From Eledone cirrhosa (Eukaryota): a DNA stretch of 64,000 bases. Of the stretch, positions 57,673 through 64,000 are shown piece by piece. The notes under the pieces were generated by a model. It was given only the letters and a program-made list of their open reading frames with translations. It ran no database searches and was not told the DNA's origin. The stretch spans positions 26,970,001 to 27,034,000 of the forward strand of contig OZ024754.1 in assembly GCA_964016885.1 (NCBI GenBank), in the 5' to 3' direction. Each line of letters starts with the position of its first letter. Positions within the stretch are counted from its first letter, which is position 1. Both the position numbers and the translations under genes were made by a program.

Positions 57673-57855
57673 TGGTGAATTGGCAGTATCGGTAGAGGGT
57701 CGGACATGCTTTCCAGTGTAGTTACGTCCCTTTACGATCTGAGTTCAAATCCCGCCGAGGTTAACTTTGCCTTTCATCCTTATGGGGTCGATAAAATAAA
57801 GTACCAGTAATGCACTGAGTAATTGCTGGCCTTGTGCCTAAAGTAGAAACAATTA
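57673..57855 (+). mobile_element. tRNA-derived SINE
   Basis: TGGCAGTATCGG A-box and GAGTTCAAATCC B-box. Same family as 5783-5961. Confidence 0.8.
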
Positions 57856-58610
57856 TTATTATGGATAACTGTGCTGTAGGTTTTAGTAACCATGTCAGAT
57901 TTTATATAGAAGAAAGATATTGTCATGCTACTATAAAGGGAAGACTGATTAATGTTTAAAGAAAATGTGTAAATGCAGTCACCAAGCTTAGAGGAGCTGA
58001 TAGCTTGTAAGAGTAAACATATTTTGACAACCGACGAATATAAAGTTGAAAGACTCGGTACTCTTTGAAGAACTGTTTAGGAACAGGAAATCTTTTGGAA
58101 AGTATCTTAACAAACAAAGAAATTCACCTCATTGTAATAACTAGAAATATTCAATGTGGAATCTTAAATATATTTCTCATCTTTCTAACCTCATTTCGAA
58201 AAGTGACATGGAGTTATATTATTAAACGTGTACTGTTCGCATTCAGACTTTAGTCTTTCAGAACAGCTTCTTATTTTATCTTCGGATATATTAGACTTTA
58301 TAGAAAGAATTTTAGGAAGCCAGCGTCTTTATATTCAGATTAGATTTGATGTAGGTTTAAGATTAAAGAGTGGTTTACACTTAAGTAATTTTATATCTTC
58401 TATCTTAGATGGATGTCCCTTGACTTGGGGAAAAGATGAGAGAAACGAAGTCGTACATAATGTTGTCAATGGCGAGTATATATTTTCTCATATACACACA
58501 AACATAATTATTATTCGAGATGTTTGAAGACACAGTCGTCGTAATGCAGTCTTCGTTTATATCTTTTTTTACCTGAGTAACAGAATTTTCTTTCTTCTGT
58601 CTCTTTCTCG

Positions 58611-58682
<72 letters not shown>

Positions 58683-58716
58683 TTACTTACTTACACACAC
58701 ACACATACACACACAT

Positions 58717-58756
<40 letters not shown>

Positions 58757-58811
58757 TGAGAGAGAGAGAGAGAGAATTAGAATTTAGTTTCGAGCATGGT
58801 TGTATACAGAT

Positions 58812-59376
58812 ATGTATTTCAATTTCGTATTTCTAAAGAAATACGGTATGTTTATAAATAAACATTTAGAAAGCCGTAGTTATGCAAAAACACCGGCAAC
58901 TATCGCCACCTGGCGGTGTCCAGTAGATGCAAGGGGGACAATCGTCAATGCATTTTGAACTGAACTGGTTCTCATCATGACGATCCCTCCCACTCTTGCA
59001 ACTGCTGGACTTTGAAAATAGGGGAGAATATATAGTTTTCTCGTCTGTGTAAATGAGGTAATTAATCTCATTTGCATATGAAGCTGTATAAGTTGGCTCA
59101 ACTTAAATTCTAATTCTATTCTAAGTTGAGCCAACTTATGCAGCTTCATATGCAAATGAGATTAATCACCTCATTTACACAGACGAGAAAACCATATATT
59201 CTCGCCTATTTTTAAAGAACCAGTTCAGTTCGAAATGCATCGATGATTGTCCCCCTTGCTTCTGCTTTACACCGCCAGATGGCGATAGCTGCCGGTATTT
59301 TTGCATCGCTACAGCTTTCCAAATGTTTATCTATGAACATACCATATTTCCTTAGAAATACGAAATTCAAATACAT
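58812..59376. repeat. Fold-back element with degenerate HHR (58941-58984, minus; 3' half at about 59217-59248, plus)
   Basis: 58812-59105 is inverted to 59122-59376. Minus strand ATCGTC-ATGATGA-GAAC..GTTC-AAAA-TGCA-TT-GACGAT; the right arm keeps GTTC-GAAA-TGCA-TC. Confidence 0.8.
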
Positions 59377-59444
59377 ATATATGTAAATGTGTGTATATAC
59401 ATATGCATACACACACACAAACACACATATATACATATATAACC

Positions 59445-60005
59445 ATCCACACCACATACCTTTTTTCATCCTAAATGAGACCCAACTCGACAGCTCCCAC
59501 TTGGAAGCTGAAATACAGGTGAGGTATTTTATAACCATCCGCACAACACAGCCAATGATTTGATAGTAGCTGGGCTCTATATGCCACCCCAATCTCCCTT
59601 ACTGTACTTCAAAGTATGCCTCAACAGCATTAATTTTTCTATACAACAGTCCCATTCTGGTAAAACACTAATGATGGGAGATTTCAATCTACCCTCTGTT
59701 GATTGGTCTACAACAGTTTGAAACCTGCTACTTCCAACTCAACCGTTCACAAAGCGGATGGGTTTTACTATCCAAACTTGTTATTGCATCAACAATATTT
59801 TGGACCTAGAGTTTAGTAAGCACACTAACACTATATACAATATTACAGAGGAAAACACCTTCTCTCAGACCACGACATGGCTCTCTGTAACCCCACCGAA
59901 ATCTAAACAACAATGACCTCTTTACAGCTCATCCATTTGATAACATTGATCTACATAATGTAAACTGGGATGCAATCACTAACGATTTATCATATGTTGA
60001 CTGGT
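59445..60005 (+). pseudogene. Decayed APE endonuclease of a CR1/L2/Jockey-type LINE
   Basis: Scattered motifs FILNETQL, LYMPP, LMMGDFNLPSVDW, NILDL, SDH. Confidence 0.6.
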
Positions 60006-60174
60006 CTTTCACACACGCACACATCTCCACCAACACACACACACACATATATATATATGTGTTATGTATGTTATGTGTGTGCATATATGCCATGTTTGTA
60101 TGCATATACATTATTTAACGTTATATTAATATCTATATTGAATAAGTGTATACGCATACTTACACACACACAGT

Positions 60175-60264
<90 letters not shown>

Positions 60265-60267
60265 GGT

Positions 60268-60338
60268 GATGTGTTGGTGTAATGGTAGCACAGTGGTCGC
60301 GATAACCAACGATGTGGGTTCGACTCCCATGTACGTCA
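60268..60338 (+). tRNA. tRNA-like cloverleaf (pseudo-tRNA or SINE head)
   Basis: Acceptor GATGTGT/GTACGTC (three G-U pairs), D stem GTGT/GCAC, T arm GTGGG-TTCGACT-CCCAT. The anticodon loop CGCGATA is atypical. T5 tract downstream. Confidence 0.35.
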
Positions 60339-60928
60339 ATACTCATCTTTTTCCATTTATCTGAGGGTTCTAAACCCCGTTATCAGGCTAAAATTCCTTT
60401 AGTCAAAAATACGCTGAAAGCTATTCTATTTTCTAATTTCAAACCTGCTCACTGTTTCAAAACATACTTACTTGATATATATTTACATATATATATATAT
60501 ATTTACATATATATATATATATTTACATACGTGAACATACATCGATACGTTCATATATTTTCTCTTTTATTGCCTGTTATTTTTTAACTCTTTTTTTTTT
60601 CTCAAGAAATGTTTTTATTTTTACATTTAAACTTCTATACATCCTTTGAAAAATTCTATGTCCGGTAATAAAGAACGAAAAATAGACTTAACAGAGTTGC
60701 ATTTATTCTCACTTACAATAAAAAAGGTTATAAAATCCGACACTAAAATAATTCCACAGAGAATTTCGTCTTGAAGAACGAACAAATATAGACCTTTTAT
60801 GGTTACAATCGAAAAACAAACGATAAAAATCTCGTAAATAATTCGGGAACTGGAATATGGAATATGGTTGGTGTTTTTCACAAACAACAACACATACACA
60901 CGCACAAACACAAACACACACACAAACA

Positions 60929-60993
<65 letters not shown>

Positions 60994-61093
60994 CAATATA
61001 TATATATATACGAACACGTATTTGGATAATGAACACATATGAAGATAAACAATATTTTTTTATAGATATGTACATTATTTTGAGTCTCTCTCG

Positions 61094-61157
<64 letters not shown>

Positions 61158-61297
61158 CTATCTATCTATATAAGTATGTATCTATGTATGTATATATATA
61201 TATATACACACACACATATATATATATATATATGTTAAGTATTTCCGGAGAAAAAGCAAAGGAAAAAAGACTGCTCTATGTATAAAACAGAGCTATT

Positions 61298-61620
<323 letters not shown>

Positions 61621-61625
61621 GTGTG

Positions 61626-61674
<49 letters not shown>

Positions 61675-61677
61675 GTG

Positions 61678-61712
<35 letters not shown>

Positions 61713-61782
61713 GTGTATATATATATATATATATTGATGTACATGTATATATATGTATATATATATATACATATACATATGC

Positions 61783-61814
<32 letters not shown>

Positions 61815-61819
<5 letters not shown>

Positions 61820-62085
61820 AACAAGTAGGACCCCGACGGCTGAGCTCAAGCCGTATCGACGGCTAATTCTGGACTAAATGAACATTTTTATCCCGGTAAA
61901 ACTCTACCAGGATAAAATTTTACCAGGATAAAAAGTTTCATTTAGTCCAGAATTAGCCGTCGAAACGGCTTGAGCTCAGCCGTCGGGGTTCTCCTTGTTC
62001 CTATTACCCACTCTACTACCCTAAGTATTGAGTACTTTGGTGCGTTATGGTGCATCTGGTTCCTTACCACATTTCCTTCGTTATA
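61815..62085. repeat. Fold-back pLTR fragment (HHR 3' halves)
   Basis: 61815-61900 is inverted to about 61920-62005. (TA)n on both sides. Same family as 22131-22388. Confidence 0.8.
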
Positions 62086-62088
62086 TAA

Positions 62089-62119
<31 letters not shown>

Positions 62120-62260
62120 TATAGATATACAGATTAGCACGTAAAAATAAAAATGAACATACATAAATACTAACATACATATATATATTTAATTACACAC
62201 GCATTTCTTTTTCTCCTCTCGATACACACACAAACACACACACATATATGTACACACACG

Positions 62261-62328
<68 letters not shown>

Positions 62329-62990
62329 TGAGAGAGAGTGCGTGTGTGTGTGAGAGAGAGTGAGAATGAGAGAGAGAGAAAGAGAGACAGAGAAAGAGAG
62401 ACAGAGAAAGAGAGAGAGAAAGAGATAGATATAGATAGATAGATAGATAGCTAGATAGATATATAGAGAGAGATAGAGAGATAGAGAGATAGAGAGAGAG
62501 AGAGATGCATACACATACTCGCATACCACAGACATAAGGAACTGGCAGGCAAGTTGGGCTTAGCAAACACAGAAACAAATATTTCCATAAACAGCTAAAC
62601 TCACTGCATATTTCTCCTGAAAAAGCAAGCGCTTATTTATATTTATGTAAACGTCAGCTCTTTTATTGTAAAGTTGTAAATAATTTATGTATTGGATTCT
62701 TTGTTCCAACATTTTGATAGTTACGGTTACTTCACGATTTGATAACCATGCATTATTGAAATATCATCAACGTTTTAAGTGAACAAACGTATCTTCAAAC
62801 ACATAAAGAGGTTTCAGCGAGATTACATGAGATTAGGAATGGAGCTCGGTCGGTTTCAACGATGAGTGTTCCAGACTCGTGAAAATAATGAATGTCTGTC
62901 AATTCCATAAGAACGTGTATTCTTACCGCGTGGCTGAGCATTTCCCATGTACTCTCTTGAGCTACACTCATATATATATATATATATATA

Positions 62991-64000
62991 TAACGAAGGA
63001 AATGTGGTAAGGAACCAGGTGGACCATAACGCACCAAAGTACTCAATACTTAGGGTAGTAGAGTGGGTAATAGGAACGAGTAGGACCCCGACGGCTGAGC
63101 TCAAGCCGTTTCGACGGCTAATTCTGGACTAAATGAAAATTTTTATCCTGGTATATGAATAGCCGAGCCTCTCAGGGGGTAATTCCATATATGGTAAAAG
63201 TGATTGTCACAAGGATTGGTCATAAGTTTGTTGTTGAGACACATAATTCTATCATGACAATTTGTGGAAGGAAGGGGTAGCTGAACCTGCCAGTAGAAGA
63301 AAGAGGGAGAGGGGGTGGAGGAAACCCAGTCGTGCGTTGATAGTGCCAACTACAGCTGGGCAGGAGGTCAAGGAAGTATACTAGGAGGGGGAGGGGGAGG
63401 AAGTCGAAACAATAAGTAAAACAATATGGGGTAAATATATAGAAGAATACCGAGAAATTGAAAAAAAACAATTAAATATTAAAAAAAAAAACAATTTCTG
63501 GTTACTATTCCCTAACGACAGTCATCAAGTCTCTCACTGGTACTGCTAAACTATAGAAAAGTTTACTAGGTGGGACGGAATTATAATGAGACCCTTTTAA
63601 GGGGTAGTAGTAATCAACCGAGTATATCTTACGGTGACGGGTCAACAAGTGGGGGGCCAAAATACTAAAGAAACTACCACGAAATAACTTTCTCGGTATT
63701 CTTCTATATATTTACCCCATATTGTTTTACTTATTATTTCAACTTCCTCCCCCTCCCCCTCCCTAGTATACTTCCTTGACCTCCTGCCCTGCTGTAGTTG
63801 GCACTATCAACGCAGGACTGGGTTTCCTCCACCCCTCTCCCTCTTTCTTCTACTGGCAGGTTCAGCTACCCCTTCCTTCCACAAATTGCCATGATAGAAT
63901 TATGTGTCTCAACAACAAACTTTTGACCAATCCTTGTGACAATCACTTTTACCATATATGGAATTACCCCCTGAGAAGCTCGGCTATTCATATACCAGGA
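62991..64000. repeat. Large fold-back pLTR (continues past the window end)
   Basis: 63146-63457 is inverted to 63688-64000. Confidence 0.85.
63085..63180 (-). ncRNA. Type I HHR with variant core and long stems II and III
   Basis: Minus strand ACCCC-CTGAGAG-G.TCGGCTA..TAGCCGTC-GAAA-CGGCT..AGCCG-TC-GGGGT. The other arm has core CTGAGAA. Confidence 0.7.

Noticed and set aside
57860-58560. Possible host exon or PLE N-terminal remnant on the minus strand
   Set aside because: Multiple stops and only a weak DI.LL.C...NL.P resemblance.

Overview
AT-rich eukaryotic DNA made almost entirely of repeats; I could not support any host gene. The (TA)n/(CA)n load and the tRNA-derived SINE families suggest a coleoid cephalopod (octopus-like), which is an inference. 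Contents: (i) many Penelope-like retroelements (PLEs), namely one near-full-length copy in partial-tandem form (7381-12657), several degenerate RT/GIY-YIG copies, and many 3'-end (pseudo-LTR, pLTR) fragments; (ii) an R4/Dong-type LINE; (iii) an L1/Tx1-type LINE interrupted by a complete Gypsy LTR element with a tRNA-Trp PBS; (iv) RTE tails, SINEs, a non-autonomous Helitron and a TTAA MITE. The strongest signal is that more than a dozen type I hammerhead-ribozyme (HHR) motifs, from many sequence-unrelated families, sit in short to long fold-back (inverted-repeat) insertions anchored in (TA)n tracts. Some of these insertions are little more than a ribozyme plus a micro-hairpin. All motif calls and boundaries were read by eye and need computational confirmation.
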